From Vicugna vicugna (Eukaryota), in NCBI GenBank assembly GCA_013265495.1, contig MU058718.1, positions 1,736,001 to 1,800,000 of the forward strand: DNA of 64,000 bases, in the 5' to 3' direction. Positions 1-13,319 of the stretch are shown piece by piece. The position numbers and the translations under genes were made by a program. The number at the start of each line of letters is the position of its first letter. Positions within the stretch are counted from its first letter, which is position 1. The notes beneath the pieces are model-generated. The model had not been told where the DNA came from and did no database searches. It was given only the letters and a program-made list of their open reading frames with translations.

Positions 1-29
1 TAGCTCCCAGCTAAGGTCACCAGGTCAGA

Positions 30-700
30 TCCCCCTCTCACCTACTCAAGAACATCACACAAGGAAATGTCCCCGCTCACTCCTAAATGATCAAATGCTT
101 CCTTATTACTGGATGATCCCCATAAATATGCCATAAAATGTATCCCATTTTAAAAAGAAAAAAATTGGCCCCACTGACCTCTCTAGTCACCATCCCATTT
201 CTGTGCTCTCCTTTCCATGAAAATTTCTTGAAGAAGTTGTCTATACTTAGTTTCCGCCTTCTGTCCTATCATTCTCTCTTCAAATCACTCCAGACAAAAG
301 TCTGTCCCCATTATTGCACTGCAACTGCCTTTGTCAGGGTTGTTGGTGATCGCAGGTCTAATGGTCAATTCTCAGACCTCATTTTATTCAACTTCACAAC
401 ATTTGATCCACTGATCTCTAGCTACTTTCTCCTCTTGGTTTCTAAGACACCAGTCTCTGTTGGTTCTCTTCCTGCCTCACTGACAGCTGTGTATCAGTTT
501 CCATTGTTGGAAACTTCCTCTCTTTGATCTCTAGGTGTTAGAATTCCCCAGACTCAGCCTTGGACCTCTCTTCTTCTCTGTTTACACTCATCCCTAATGA
601 CCTCACACAGTTCCATAACCTTCTGTTACATATACATTGACAATTCCCACATTTTCCCTCAATCTATGGCTTTTACCTTGAGTTCCTAGCTCACACAAGA
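30..700 (+). mobile_element. LINE-2 ORF2 (RT) relic
   Basis: ORF 138-527 segment LQTKVCPHYCTATAFVRVVGDRRSNGQFSDLILFNFTTFD resembles L2/CR1 RT 'LQSGFRPHHSTETALVKVTND..SVLILLDLSAAFD'. Confidence 0.8.
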
Positions 701-2023
701 TCATGTAAGATCCTAGAGGACACCCTTAACCCACAGGGAATGAGTTGAAACTAGAGGCAAAACCGTGGGCAAGAGGTGGAACATGGCCATCAGAGTTCCA
801 GTAACTGGAAGACTTCACATATTCCTTTAAGAAAATACATTATAACATAAATTATTTAACATTTAGCAATTATTAGATCTATAACTTTGAAATATGAAAT
901 TATTTATATGATATATAGAAAAAAGGAAGACCAGTACAGATACAAAATCTGATGGAAAAGATTCTGAAATAGTCAGACCTACTTAGATAGTTTTATTGTC
1001 CTACCTAATTTTGAACCATTTAGCTGACATCAAAAGATAAGGAGTCTTCTGAGCAATTAAAATGAAATTAGTTTGCCTGGACAAATGTCATATAAAAAAG
1101 CAAAGAATTAGGGGAAAAGGTAGATTTTTCAAAGCAGTCACCTTCTAATTGATATGAAAAGGTAACAAATAGAACCAAGTAATAATATAGATCTTCTTAT
1201 GATGAACAATAATAACTTCCAAAATGATATATACAAAGTACATCTGTGATTAGTTGTCCACAGTTAAGAAGAAAGAAGATTTTAAGAGAATGGTTAAATT
1301 AAAGGAGTATTAAAGCTGAAATATATTAGGTAACCAGAGCCTCATAGACACCAGAGATCAATGGAGGAATGAGAGGGAAACAGACCTGAGTAGAATACAG
1401 TTTGTCTTGCAAGAGAATGGAGATAAGTGTGGGATAACCTCCCACATCCTATTTGCTGACTGGCTTGTTCATCTGCAGCAAGTATGACAACATGATTTCA
1501 CAAGTGCCATCCCTGTCCTGTGTTAGCCAGAGGAGAATATTCTGATTAGCTCCTGCAAGAAACCGAGGATATATTTACACTACCTCCAGTTGAGTGAGCC
1601 TGGAACTAATTCCCGTCAGAACTGAAAGAAATAGTATTAGAGGTTGCAGACTGTGAGGGAATGCTAACGACTGAAACTATAAAGAGATACAGCAGAACTG
1701 AGAACTGTTGGGTACTTAGCCTTTTTTTTTTTTTTTTTTGAGTCCTTCAAATGATACCTGAAATGTTTTGCTTCTTGGAATGGCAAAGTAGACCATTTTA
1801 AAACCAACTCTCTTGCAAAGAACAAGTGGGAAGGTTGGATGAATTTTTTTCTTAGAATCTACTGAAACGAACTGGAAATCTCTCTAGTTGAAGAAGATTA
1901 TAAAATCAAAATCCAGAAGAGGATGGAAGCCAAGAGAGGATAGTGTAGCATTTGAAGATGCTTTTCCAAATTTTCTAATTCCCAAAACAGCATCTGAAAG
2001 TCTGAGTAGCTGAATAAAGACTT

Positions 2024-2475
2024 TGTGGGAACTCACTCAGAACCCCGAAATTGGTATAAAGATTATTTTAAGCGGAAAACAGTTGAGACTCAACAGATGC
2101 AGAAAGAAGCTTTCTTGGAGCTTCATTTATCTGACTAAACAGAAACTTCCGAGAAATGAGGCTGCTATGAGTTCCTCTTCAGGGCAGGTCTATTCCCAGG
2201 AGAGAGACCAAGAGTAAACCTACCGTAAATCTCCTCTCCGAGGAGTTGCGTGGCCATGAAACAGAAAGACTGCTTGCACCTGCATAAGCGAACATTACAG
2301 ACCTTCTTACCTTTCGTTTATTCTCCCAAAAAGCCCATTTGTCTTTCCTAAAAAAACCTATTTGCTCTTTCTTTAGGAGCCTTTACTCCCTGCTCTCTTT
2401 CTCCTCTATATTAGGTGAATAAGCCCCAAATTCTAACCACCCATGTGAGTTAGTCATCACCGAGAACTCCTGACA
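2024..2475 (+). mobile_element. MER34-like ERV1 LTR
   Basis: TG start followed by 'cccgaaattggtataaagattattttaagc..cagatgcagaaagaagc', typical of MER34-group LTRs. 3' end approximate. Confidence 0.65.
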
Positions 2476-3559
2476 TGTTAACAGTTAAATCTAACTATTT
2501 TTCAAGAACTAGGAAGTTCTACAATTGAAAAGATAAGATAAATGAAATGAAGAACTCAGTCCAGTGGGTGGATTTTTAAAGTTGGTTCAGGTATAGGGGT
2601 TCCATTTCTGTGAATAAATAGCCAAGTAAATTTCTGTCACACCCACCATTTCAGAAATAACAACTCTAGACAAATTATAAAACAGTTCTCTGCAGGCACC
2701 AGACAATGACTAAAAGTAGGCAGGTTCTGAAAGGGAGTCCACACTTGGAAGAACGGGCTGGCACTGAGTGAGTTCTCCAGTTTCAATATTTCTAGCTAGA
2801 GGAAGGGTGCCAGTCAGATCCTTGCAGGAGAGCTAAAACTCCAGTTTTTAAAACCCCACCATCCTTCTGTTGTGAGGAGCCAGAGCACAGAATCAGGGCA
2901 TCCACAGCAGCCGTGAAGTGAGGAGGGGCAGAGAGGGGAGCCCCCGTCCTGCTTTAACTCACTGCTTTCCCTCTATTACCAGCGTGTGTTCCTGAACTTA
3001 GAAATTCCAAAAGTGAATGGGCCAGCCTCAGTGGGATAGAGACACCTAGAGATTGTGTTGTGTTCCACATCTGGCTGAGACAAGGAACCCTGAGCAAAAC
3101 TAGTAGGTAGCGTCAGAGGGAATAGGAGCAGCAGCCCTGTCTTTGTCGACACTGGGAGGAAAGAAAGAGGACCACCAGGGAATCCACCCAGTAACAAGCA
3201 TCCCACAGCAGGTCCCCAGCACCCCTCTCCCAACTCCTACTGTACGCAGGCTCCAACCCCTTCCCCAACCTCTCTTTTACCCCAAATTTGGAGACTTACC
3301 TCAGGGCATTAGCAACCATTAGTGACCAGAGTATAAAGACCCCCATTCCAATTGCAGGGAAGAGTGAATGGTGTTGGCATCCACTAAAATGAAGGTTAAG
3401 TCGTTTGATGTTATCAGTTGGGGGTTGAAAACTGTACCGCATACCCTTGTCTTTCCTCCTCCCATTAATATACCAGTGCTCCCACCTTTGTTGACTTACG
3501 TGGTGGAGATAAAAATTTTCCATGCCAAACCATGGTCCGATTCACATAAGAGTTCATAA

Positions 3560-3780
3560 TAACAAATAATATTGACTATGTGCTTCCTGCCTGATAACTC
3601 AATTCATGTTCATATGAACACTCTGATGTAGGTGTTATTCTTACCCTCATTTTCCAAATGACAGAACTGACACAGAGAGAGGTTAAGTAACGTACACAAG
3701 TTCAAATTACAAATTGCTAGCAAGCAGGTAGTCTGTATTCACACCTAGGCTCCAGAATCCATGCTCTTAATCACTACACA
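3560..3780 (-). mobile_element. MIR SINE
   Basis: Reverse MIR core 'cattttccaaatgacagaactgacacagagagaggttaagtaac...ctccagaatccatgctcttaatcactac'. Confidence 0.8.
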
Positions 3781-4888
3781 TGCAGTTTCTCATGGGCTCA
3801 TAAGACCCTTCACCAAAAATGTGAAATACAAGAATGAATTTTCATTCCGGTAGGCATCAAAAGATTACAGATTTTTTTTTCATTTTTCACAATTTTTCCC
3901 ATTGATCAATACCTGCATTTTGTATAATCCTATGCCAGGTTAGACAGGTAGAAAGCTAGAAAAGAGGTATGACACACACACACAAAAAGGCTAGACTTCA
4001 AAAGACAGCTCACGAGTTATATGAGTCTAGTTTTTATCCAGATAAATAAAGAACTGTGGAATCTTAATGCTTAGGGACTTTATATCAAGAAATACTTTGA
4101 ACTGGCTGAACCTAAACATATCAAAAAACAGTGTTTCCATGGAAAACTATATTAGGATTGGCAAATATAGCCTAAGTTTTTACAATTAAACTTATTAGTA
4201 CTTATTAGCATACCTTTAAAACAAAAGTAGGTATTAAAACATATTTTTATATTTATTTATTTGTATAAATGCATAGAGTAGGTCTTATATTCTTGTGAAT
4301 AATTTATGTCTTGTAGATTCATTTTGTACGTTTGGTGCACCCTTTGACCAAAAATCCTGAGGAAAGAAGAATTTGCAGATTGTCACAGAACATACAGAGA
4401 AAAACGGTCTTGTTAACCAAAAGATTTTGATTGGTCATGTGGTAATAGTTGGGTTTGATGCACAGAAGACTTTTCATTAGTGAGCTGATTCCTAGCTAAA
4501 TCTGTGGGAAAATATAACACAAAAATATAGTTAAGAGAATCAAAAGAACAGAAAGACAATATCAATGAAGTTATTTTGTACCTTTTTGCAACTTAGATGT
4601 GTGTGAAACTAGGTAGTTTGTTGAGATAAGCAACTCTGCTGGAGACAGAAGATAATTCTGTCCTAAAACACCACTCTGCTTATGTCAGTCTTCTGAGTAA
4701 AGCTCTGCTGATCTCCACCTTCTGTAGGTTCAAACCCAATTCCTGCAGTCCAAGGCCATCTTCCAGCTGGCACAGGCTGGGCTCCCACTCACTAGTGATG
4801 AGACCTGAATTTGTCACTTAACCTTCCCAAGCATCAGCTTCCTCAGCCCTGAAGTGGATTCTGAAGAGAGTCTGCCTCCTTTGGAGGG

Positions 4889-5195
4889 TGTGTCAGTCTG
4901 GGTCCAGTCAGGAAAACAGAAACCACTCTCGTATTTCAAACAGGATATTTAATACAGCGTATGAGGTAACCAGATGATGAAAGGGCTGAGAAGTTAAACA
5001 GGGGACCATCAGGCAACCCAGAGGTCTGCAACAATAGAAAGTTACTACCAGTCCTAGGTCGCAGGAACATAGCACCCAGCCCCACCTGGCAGGACCCTGG
5101 TGAGCCTCCCTGATGGGAGCTGGACCAGCAAACAGAACATGGGAGCAAGCTGTGAGCAAGAACCAGGACCAGAGAGGAGATGCAGCTGCTGTCAA
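4889..5195 (-). mobile_element. old MaLR (MLT1-type) LTR fragment, adjoining a MIR piece at ~4775-4888
   Basis: 'tgtgtcagtctgggtccagtcaggaaaacagaaaccactct' is a typical reverse-strand old MLT1 end. Confidence 0.6.
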
Positions 5196-5603
5196 AGATC
5201 AGAGACAGGATAGTTGTCTTAAGAGGGCCGGGTGACTTGGAGCAGAAGGATAGATATCCCTGACTGGGGACAAATTAGGAATCACAGTCAAACTTCCAGG
5301 GACATTCAGCACTTAGCATACCAGGGAGGACCATAGGGCCCTAGCTAAGCAGGAAGAAGAGATCAAGGGTGCGCCAGCTGCCGAGTTAGGACACAGATGC
5401 CAGTGGGGTGAGCAGTGGCCAGAAATAGGGACATTATCTCTACATAGAACAGCAAGAACTAGAGAGAGGCTCGTGGACACCGCATGGACCACTGTTCCTC
5501 CTCACTACAAGGACCTGGCAAGTTTCTCCAGATGTAGAGTCACCACACTGGGGAGGAGAAAGGAAAGGAGAGGGAATCTGAAAGACTTGTCATTTATTTT
5601 AAA

Positions 5604-5871
5604 AAACTCACATGGAAAACCAACTGTGGTTACCAAAGGAGAAAGGGCGGGTTAGGGATAGAGAGACACACATTGCTATATATGGATGGATAAACAACAG
5701 GGACCTACTGAGTAGCACAGGGAACTATGTTCAGTTTCTTGTAGTGACATATAATGGAAAGGAACCAGAAAAGAAAATATAAATATATCTATGTATATGT
5801 ATAACTAAATCACTTTGCTGTACACCTGAAACTAACATTGTAAATCAACTACACTTTGATTAAAAAAAAAA
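5604..5871 (+). mobile_element. L1 3'UTR fragment with poly(A)
   Basis: 'gtggttaccaaagg..ataaacaacagggacctactgagtagcacagggaactat..gctgtacacctgaaactaacattgtaaatcaactac' plus A-tail, a cetartiodactyl-type L1 end. Confidence 0.88.
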
Positions 5872-7236
5872 TTTAAGGTAGAGGGAGGAGAAGACTTTAT
5901 TCACTTGGACAAAGTTGGCTAAATTGTTTTTTTCTTCATACTTGATTTTTTTGTAAATACTTATGTATTGCTTGAAATTAGCTTATTTCACTTGAGACCA
6001 TATTCTGGAGATATTCCTAAGTCAGAACAGTAGGTCCACCTCATTCTTTTTCCCCACCAAATGCTATTTCATTCACGACAACAATTTATTTAACTGGCAT
6101 TCTAGAGAGAGAGTTAAGTTGTAACATATTTTTTTCCCAAAACCAATAGAGCAGCAACTCACACCCTTGGGAAACACTGCCCCTGCATCAAACTCACGGG
6201 CCGGGTTCTCTTTCCCAAAACTACCCCAGCTACCTTCTCAGCTCCTCATTGAGACTAGGGCAGGGCCCACCAGGCCAGCACCAGCAGGGAACACAACTTA
6301 AATTTGGATTTGATTCCCTGCTCCCAGCAGTTGAAAGTCAAAGTCACCAGAAAATTCCAGTGGCCTAGTTATTACTGTATTCACCACACGGTGCTTACCA
6401 CACCAGGTATGGAGTTATATCCTGATCTATGTTTCCTCATTAAATGGTAGGGAAATACCTGGCTGGCTCAGAGCTATTGAGCATGGTTAATTCATTATAT
6501 GCCAATGGGCTCAGGCAAATTCCCTCTTCTGAAATGAGCTTCCTGGACCACCTGCTTTTCTCCAGCTATCCTTCTCAGGCTGTGCCTCCCACAGGGAACA
6601 AAAATCAATGTATCAGCCTCTGCCACTATTTCTCCACCTAGCTCCCAGCTGCCTAATGGACCCAGAATCACAGCAGTCTCCCTGAGGCTCTCCAGATTAC
6701 TCAACAGTTTATATAAAAGCAACCTCCTTTGCTGGAATGAATCAGAACTGCAGCTTCAGGGTGTTGACTCTGGAGATGCAGAGCAGGGTTACTGAAAGGC
6801 CACATATATCCTGGATTATCTGCCCACATGGCTATAATGTGCCCCAGACATGGGGCACTACAATATTTTATGTAAGAAACACTCAGCAGAATTTCAAAAT
6901 AATTTATTAATTTATTACTTAATTGATAGCCTCAAACTAAAATGATTAAATGCATTCATTGCTTAGAAATTATTGTGGTCAACAAATCTTATTAATTGAT
7001 TTATAGTAACATTAATTATGGACTATTCCAAGCAATTTGCATATGTGAATTTATTGTCTTCCTGTATGCACATTAATTTTTTATCTCAACTATTTTAATG
7101 CATTCACTTAAATAAATTCTTTTTGATGTTTTTTTTTTTTTTCATTCTGAAAGACTGCACTCTGGAGAACAAATTTGAATTAAAGTAGATGTATGCCTTA
7201 GTCATTATAAGGGTTACCATTCAAGGTACTGATTTC

Positions 7237-7640
7237 TGTATTAGTTGTGGTAACAACAGCTGTAACAAGTATCTTCAGAATCTATCCTCGCTTTACATGT
7301 TAGGATTTGTTTCTCACTCATCTCAATTCTAAGCAGTAGAGAGGGAGTGAACTAGAGGCTCTGCTCCATGTAGTCATTCAGGGTCGTAGGCTGTTGTCAG
7401 TCAGCCAGCCTCACCGCAAGGTCATGTAAGGCACAGACATCCAGGAGAAGAGACAGAAGGAGATTTCAAAGGGTTTTTTTTGGACCAGACCCCAAAATGA
7501 GGGCATCACCCATGCCCTCATCCCACTGGCAAGAGTCTGCTCACTGGCCATACCTTGCTGCAAGGGAGATTGAGAAATACTGTTCACCTACGGGCCCAGG
7601 AGTAAAACAAATGGTTTGGTAAACAGCCAATCTTTGTCTT
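7237..7640 (-). mobile_element. MaLR LTR (MLT1J/K-like)
   Basis: 'gctctgctccatgtagtcattcaggg', 'catcccactggcaagag', 'ctgcaagggagattgagaaat'. Confidence 0.7.
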
Positions 7641-8079
7641 ATGCTTTGACCTAATAATGTCATTCCTGGACTCCATCCTAAATAATCAATCCAAAATATA
7701 GAAAATTTTACACAAAGAAGTCTTATAATAGTGAAAAAAAACCTGGAAGCATACAATACATGCAAAAATAATTAAATTCTTACTACAGGCATTTGATAGA
7801 CTGAATTTCATGCAGTCGTTTTTAAAGTGGTATCACTGAAACTATGTGGAAACACTAGTAAATACTTAAACTATGAATATGATGGAATAAAAGCAGCATC
7901 CGAATTTTTATATACTTATTACGATTATATTCAAATGTTCACAGGAAAGTAAAAGATTGTAGAAAAAGTACTAATAATGTTTAAAGTTCTAATAATAATG
8001 ATCATTTAAATCCTGTCTGGGATAGGCTAGCCAAAATGCTAAGAGCTTTATACACTTGATCTCTAATGCTAACCACTCT

Positions 8080-8461
8080 GTCAGATAGATTTTACCTGCA
8101 GCAGACAGAGTTAGTTGCCAACAGATCTCCGCCAAGAAGAGAGGCCCCACCCAATTCCCATACTAAATCACTGGTGGATGGGTTCATATATGACCCAATT
8201 CTGGCCATGAGATGTAAAGGGAAGTCAGTTAGATTTTGGGAAATGGTTTCTTCCCACATGAAAGATAGAGTTCTACCCACCCCACCCCCCACCCCATGCC
8301 TTGCCTTTCTGCAATGGATATGATTATGTGAGGCATTACTTTTGAGCTAAGGTGGCCATCTTGGCACCATGACTTGACCAGCCTCGTAATGAAAATATTC
8401 ATGATGTCAAAAGAAAAAAAAGAAAGGAGGGAGGAAGGAAGGAAGGAAAGAAAGAAAGAAA

Positions 8462-8525
<64 letters not shown>

Positions 8526-8685
8526 AAAAGCTTAGACTTTTGATTACATCATCAACATTCTGCTTACCTTCTTTTTTTTTATCTGCTAAACTTCTTTTTA
8601 ACTGATATACTGGAATGTCTCTACTACTTAAGCCACATTTGGTTGGGTGTTCTGCATGTTGAGCTAAAGATATTCCCAAGTGATC
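8080..8685 (+). mobile_element. ERVL LTR (LTR33-like) containing a GAAA microsatellite
   Basis: 'tgacccaattctggccatgagatgtaaagggaagtc', 'ggccatcttggcaccatga', 'cttaagccacatttggttgggtgttctg'. Confidence 0.6.
8409..8529 (+). repeat. compound (GGAA)n/(GAAA)n microsatellite
   Basis: Directly visible purine-only tetranucleotide run. Confidence 0.97.
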
Positions 8686-8731
8686 CTTTATCCTTCCTTT
8701 AGAGGCCCCACAGCCAGTTAGTAAGAAGCAG

Positions 8732-9310
8732 TGTCAGAGCCAGCCGACAATCGATCAGGTCCAGAAACCTGTGCCGCAGGACTGAGAAAAGAAAGACAAG
8801 ACTAGAAGGTGGGGTTGAGAGGATCTCACTCTAGCCCGCAAGACGCTAAGCCAAGAGTGGACCTCGAGTTTATTTNNNNNNNNNNNNNNNNNNNNNNNNN
8901 NNNNNNNNNNNNNNNNNNNNNNNNNNNNNNNNNNNNNNNNNNNNNNNNNNNNNNNNTTAAACACAGACTAAACTCACTAACTTGTGCATAGATCAATGTT
9001 GTTTATAATACTCATAAACTAGGGTATATGTTCCCACATACCAAGATCACTAACTAAGGTTGTTGTTTCTATAAACTAAGATCACTAACTTGTATGTTGA
9101 TTGTATCTCTCTGTTCAAAGATCATCAGTAGCTTAATGGCTCAGGATGTTCCTAGGGCTTTTAGATCACCTGGTGCATTCTTTCCTGAAAAGGGGTGGCG
9201 GGACAGAGATTGTCTTTGTTAGATCAATCTTAGAGCCTGACGCCAGCACTTTGGGATTTATTGTCCCGTTCTGTGCTCGGCAGTCCTCAGGTCATGAGTG
9301 GCTCCCCGCA
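8732..9310 (-). mobile_element. solo LTR, betaretrovirus-like (ERV2/ERVK class), with 6-bp TSD
   Basis: TG...CA termini. Perfect flanking AAGCAG at 8726-8731 and 9311-9316. Minus strand starts TGCGGGGAGCC and ends GGCTCTGACA (imperfect inverted ends). Minus-strand AATAAA at 8869-8874. Confidence 0.85.
8876..8956. other. assembly gap (81 N)
   Basis: Run of n characters inside the solo LTR. Confidence 1.
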
Positions 9311-10609
9311 AAGCAGAACTGGGATATAAACCAGGTTACTCTGCTCTAAGGTCCAAGAATTCTCTCTTCCACCACAGTATGGTAAAAATCAAGGCATTTC
9401 CCCCTCCCCTCTTTTCCTGCAAGTTATTTCCTATATTCACACATGCATTCTCGGCACAGCCAACAAAATCCATTTCCCTCTCTCCTTGTTACCTTAGATG
9501 CCTGTCAACTTCCCTCATTAATTTGACAGATGGTATTTTCTGCTACAGGTGTTTCCGAAATGTCTGTAAATATTACTCCCTTTTGGCATGTTTCTTGATA
9601 CAATGATCTTGCAGGTAGGTGTTTGAGAAAGGAATGATAACCCCTAAAACATGTCTTTTTCTGACTAGGTTAAAAATCACTTGGTTTTGTTTGGTTCAAC
9701 AAATTGTACATGAATCTTTACTTTATTCAATGTATTCAATCACTATATATATGCCTTTGGTTTTGAAACTACACTTTCTCCAATGCAGTCCTTTATTTCC
9801 CATGTGATATCCTCCTGCTGTATGCTTAAAAAAGGAAACAATCGGAAAGAAATCTAACATGGTAACAGGAGATACATAGTTGAGATACTCTCAATACTGC
9901 CAAAATCACCTTCAGACAGATTCCTACCCACTTTGTGTCTATGTAACATATTTTTCACTTTTTTCTGCTTTATGGCTACATAAAATGAACTTTGTCCCTC
10001 TGGTTACAGATCTCTCTGGCACAGTTCTCTTCTGTTCTCATTTATTTCTACTCTCACTTAACTAGAACACGAGAAGTGGGAACATCATGTAGAGATGACA
10101 TTAACTTGCTCATCTGGAGAAAAGGACACTTTGTTGCTTAAACCCAATGTCTTGACCTCAAGGAGATGCTTTGGAGGACCTCCATCCGTGATGATCTTTC
10201 AGATTTAAAGTTGTGTTGGGTATTTTGGAGGTATGTGATCAAATACTGTGGAACAAGCTCCTTCATATCCTCTGTCACCACCTATTGTAGCAGAGAAGGC
10301 AAGGTAAAGATGAATTCCCCAGATATAAAAATATGTCCCACTCCTGAGAAGGGCAAACAAATGGCCTGCAAAAGGGAAATAGTACCTATGCATTTTCTCT
10401 TTCCTCTAAATTCAGAAAATGTTCATGCACCTCAAGTCCAACTCTAAAATTGTAAAGTAGAAAGACACAATTTAAATATTTACCTTATTTACTATTCAAA
10501 GAAACCAAATCATACAAAATGAAAGAGAAAAAAAAAAAACCACAGCTCCTACAAGTTGAAATAAAGCACTTCAGAGAGAGTCAACAGGAAAGAACTCAGT
10601 CTACGTATT

Positions 10610-10925
10610 TGGACACTCAGCTTTTAGTTCCTGCTCTCTCACTAACAAGCTATGTGTCCTTAGGGAAAATACTTACCTTTCTGAGCAGTGTCAGCTTTCT
10701 CATATGTCAAATGATAGTAGTGATAATAATATATTTGTACTGAGCTTCATGGTTGCAAGTTCCTTTTACATACTTTGATACAACTCTGTGAAGTGTGTTA
10801 GACAAATGTTATCCCCATTTTAGAGATGAGGAACTAAGACTCAGAGTTTAAATGACTTGGCTAAAGTTCATACAATTTCTAAATAGAAGGTGGTATACAA
10901 ATGTAGGTCTTCTAAGTCTGAAACC
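10610..10925. mobile_element. two MIR relics in opposite orientation (+ ~10610-10745, - ~10760-10925)
   Basis: 'ctcactaacaagctatgtgtccttagggaaaatacttacctttctgagc' and 'atccccattttagagatgaggaactaagactcagag'. Confidence 0.7.
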
Positions 10926-11923
10926 AACTCTGCTAAGCCCTATTGAGCAGATAAATACCCAGCATGATTCAGTCCCTGTGATGCTTTGATCAAAATTCCT
11001 AGAAAGTAAGATTAAGTTATTTGTGTGTGAAAAGAGAGATTAAGTCCTTGGTTTTGATTTTCTTTTTCTTACCTGTACCATTCTTAGGACAAAGGCCAGA
11101 GAAGTGAAATGAGAATAAGCCAACGTTCAGAAATAGGAGAAGGGGCTATGTAATTACACAGGAAGAAGAGAAAGAGAGAGTAATGACAAGCTGGGGACAG
11201 GAAAGAAGGAGCTGTTGAGCGCTTTCAAAGAAGAATTTCTATGAGCCAAGGAATCCTTCTGATTCCAATAAATCAGTCCTCTTTTTCTCCCTTGTGAAAC
11301 ATGTCTAAGTACTTTGATTAAAGGATTTTTTTTGTTTATTTGTTTTTCTATCCACTATTCTATCACAGGCATTTTTATCATCTCAAAAGAAAATCCTGCT
11401 GTGAATTGAACTGTGCAACATAATCAGCTACTATTACAAATATGTAATAGTTACAAATATGTTTTCGCCTTTCAGTCATCATCCTCTTGGGGTATACAAA
11501 AGTAATAAAATGAAATAAGTTAGTATGCTTTATTACTCCCCTGATCTAAACTGTTGCCCATTCTGAAAGTGAGAAAGAACCAGTGTATAAGATTTCCAAG
11601 AGTTGAGGGATGAGGAATTAGGACCTCAGAGATACGAAGGAGGGGAATTTTTTCCTCTGTGAGTTTATTTAATCTTTTTGTATGTAAATGTACATTTTTC
11701 TAAAATGCATTTGAGGCAGCTTAGGGTAAAAGACACACATAATGAAGTCACTAAAATAGAAATAAAAACAGCTTTCATTTTTCTGTCCATCCTAATTTTC
11801 AAGGGAAAGTTAAAGTGAGAGTGTCTCACTTCGAAAGCAAATAATATTAGGAACATATATTCCATCTTCTCACTGCTGGTAGGGAGAGAAGATAGGGTGT
11901 AACCATGGGCAGTCTGCCTATCA

Positions 11924-12064
11924 GGGGGAGGGGATGTCTCAGTGGTAGAGCACATGCTTAACATGCACAAGGTCCTGGGTTCAAGTCCCAGTACCTCCAT
12001 TCAAATAAATAAATAAATACCTCCCCACCCCCAAAGAAATAACAAAACCAAAAGAGAAAGAAAA
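11924..12064 (+). mobile_element. tRNA-derived SINE of camelid Vic-1 type, full length with TSD
   Basis: GGGGGAGGG head. A box 'tctcagtggtagagc', B box 'ggttcaagtccc', (AAAT)n then C-rich and A-rich tail. 13-bp TSD AGTCTGCCTATCA at 11911-11923 and 12065-12077. Confidence 0.9.
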
Positions 12065-13119
12065 AGTCTGCCTATCAAAATGCTTCAGGGAACTTAGCCC
12101 AGGCTATATTTTCTGAAGATACGTGGCTCTGCTCGTATACATAAAGCTCAAGGTGAAAGGAAGGACAGAGCAGTCACAGTAATTAATCAATACAGACAAC
12201 CAAATTCAGATAATTTAGTGACAGTCAAGTATTTGCCAACTTTTTCTCTCTGTGTGTATGTTAGCCAATTTTAACTCCATCTGTGATAATTGATGGTATG
12301 TCATTGCAATTACCTAATTATCAGATAGTGATATAAAATGGTATGTTATCCTAAATATCAGAATGCTGTAAGGATAAAAGGAGTAAAGTATTAATAATAA
12401 AACGCCAAAGAGAACACTTGCTGTAACCAGGGTTAGCAATGTAATATGAAGACCTACTTCACATTTTCAATTCAGTAATGTAGGATTTAGTTTTTTCCGG
12501 TGTTTATTATCAGACTTAGAAAATAGCTACTTCTTAATTTTGTGTATTCAAAACACAGAAATCCCTGAGGGGAAAGAAATGAACTACCATTTCCCTTCAG
12601 CAGAAATGAGAAAAAATAGTAGTTCTATAAAATCAAAGAAAACATCGATATTTCTGATCTGATCTACCTGGAAAAGCTTCATTATTTCAGAATTCCCCCT
12701 AACTCCCTCTCTCTGACCACTGTTCTTCCAGTTCTTCACTCCTTTAAACCGACCTCATTACTTCCTACCTTTTATTCCAGGGAGCTCCTGTCCCACTGGC
12801 CCCACTCTCCTGATCTAATTTATCAGCTTTCTACTTCCACAAACATCCCAGACAGACCCACAGGTTCTCTATTTCCACTACGCTCTTGACAGAATCCTCA
12901 GACCCCTTTTTCTTCACCCACAGATCAATCCAATTTTCTACTTGTATATGCTCCTACATATGGTGGCCAGGTGGATTACTGCCCGAATAAATGCATGATC
13001 TCCCACTGCAGTCACTATTCCGTGTCAGACATTATTAGGCACAGGAAATATAGAAATGACTGAAGTGCCTGTCTGTAGGCAGTTCAAAGTCTATAGAGAC
13101 GGACCAGTAAACCAAAAAC

Positions 13120-13275
13120 TATACGAGAGACCAGAATGAGATACCATTACACACCCACCAGAATGGCTAAATTTTAAAAATCTCACAACACCAAATGCTG
13201 GTGAAGATACGAAGCAACACATTTTTGGTAGGATTACAAAATGATAAAACCACGTTAGGGAGAATCTGGCAGTTT
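13120..13275 (+). mobile_element. old L1 ORF2 3' fragment
   Basis: 'atgagataccattacacacccaccagaatggctaaa..accaaatgctggtgaagat' (MRYHYTPTRMAK..KCW motif). Confidence 0.8.
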
Positions 13276-13319
13276 ATTGAAGGGGAATTATTGTGGGTTT
13301 TAAGCATAGATTGTGGGGT

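Noticed and set aside
8407..8679. Phe/Leu/Ser-rich 'membrane' ORF
   Set aside because: Translation of the (GAAA)n microsatellite.
10166..10447. 93-aa ORF with nearby AG/GT signals as a cryptic exon
   Set aside because: No recognisable protein similarity in any frame; splice-like motifs at chance frequency.
11924..12000. tRNA gene
   Set aside because: Degenerate cloverleaf with SINE tail and TSD; it is a tRNA-derived SINE.
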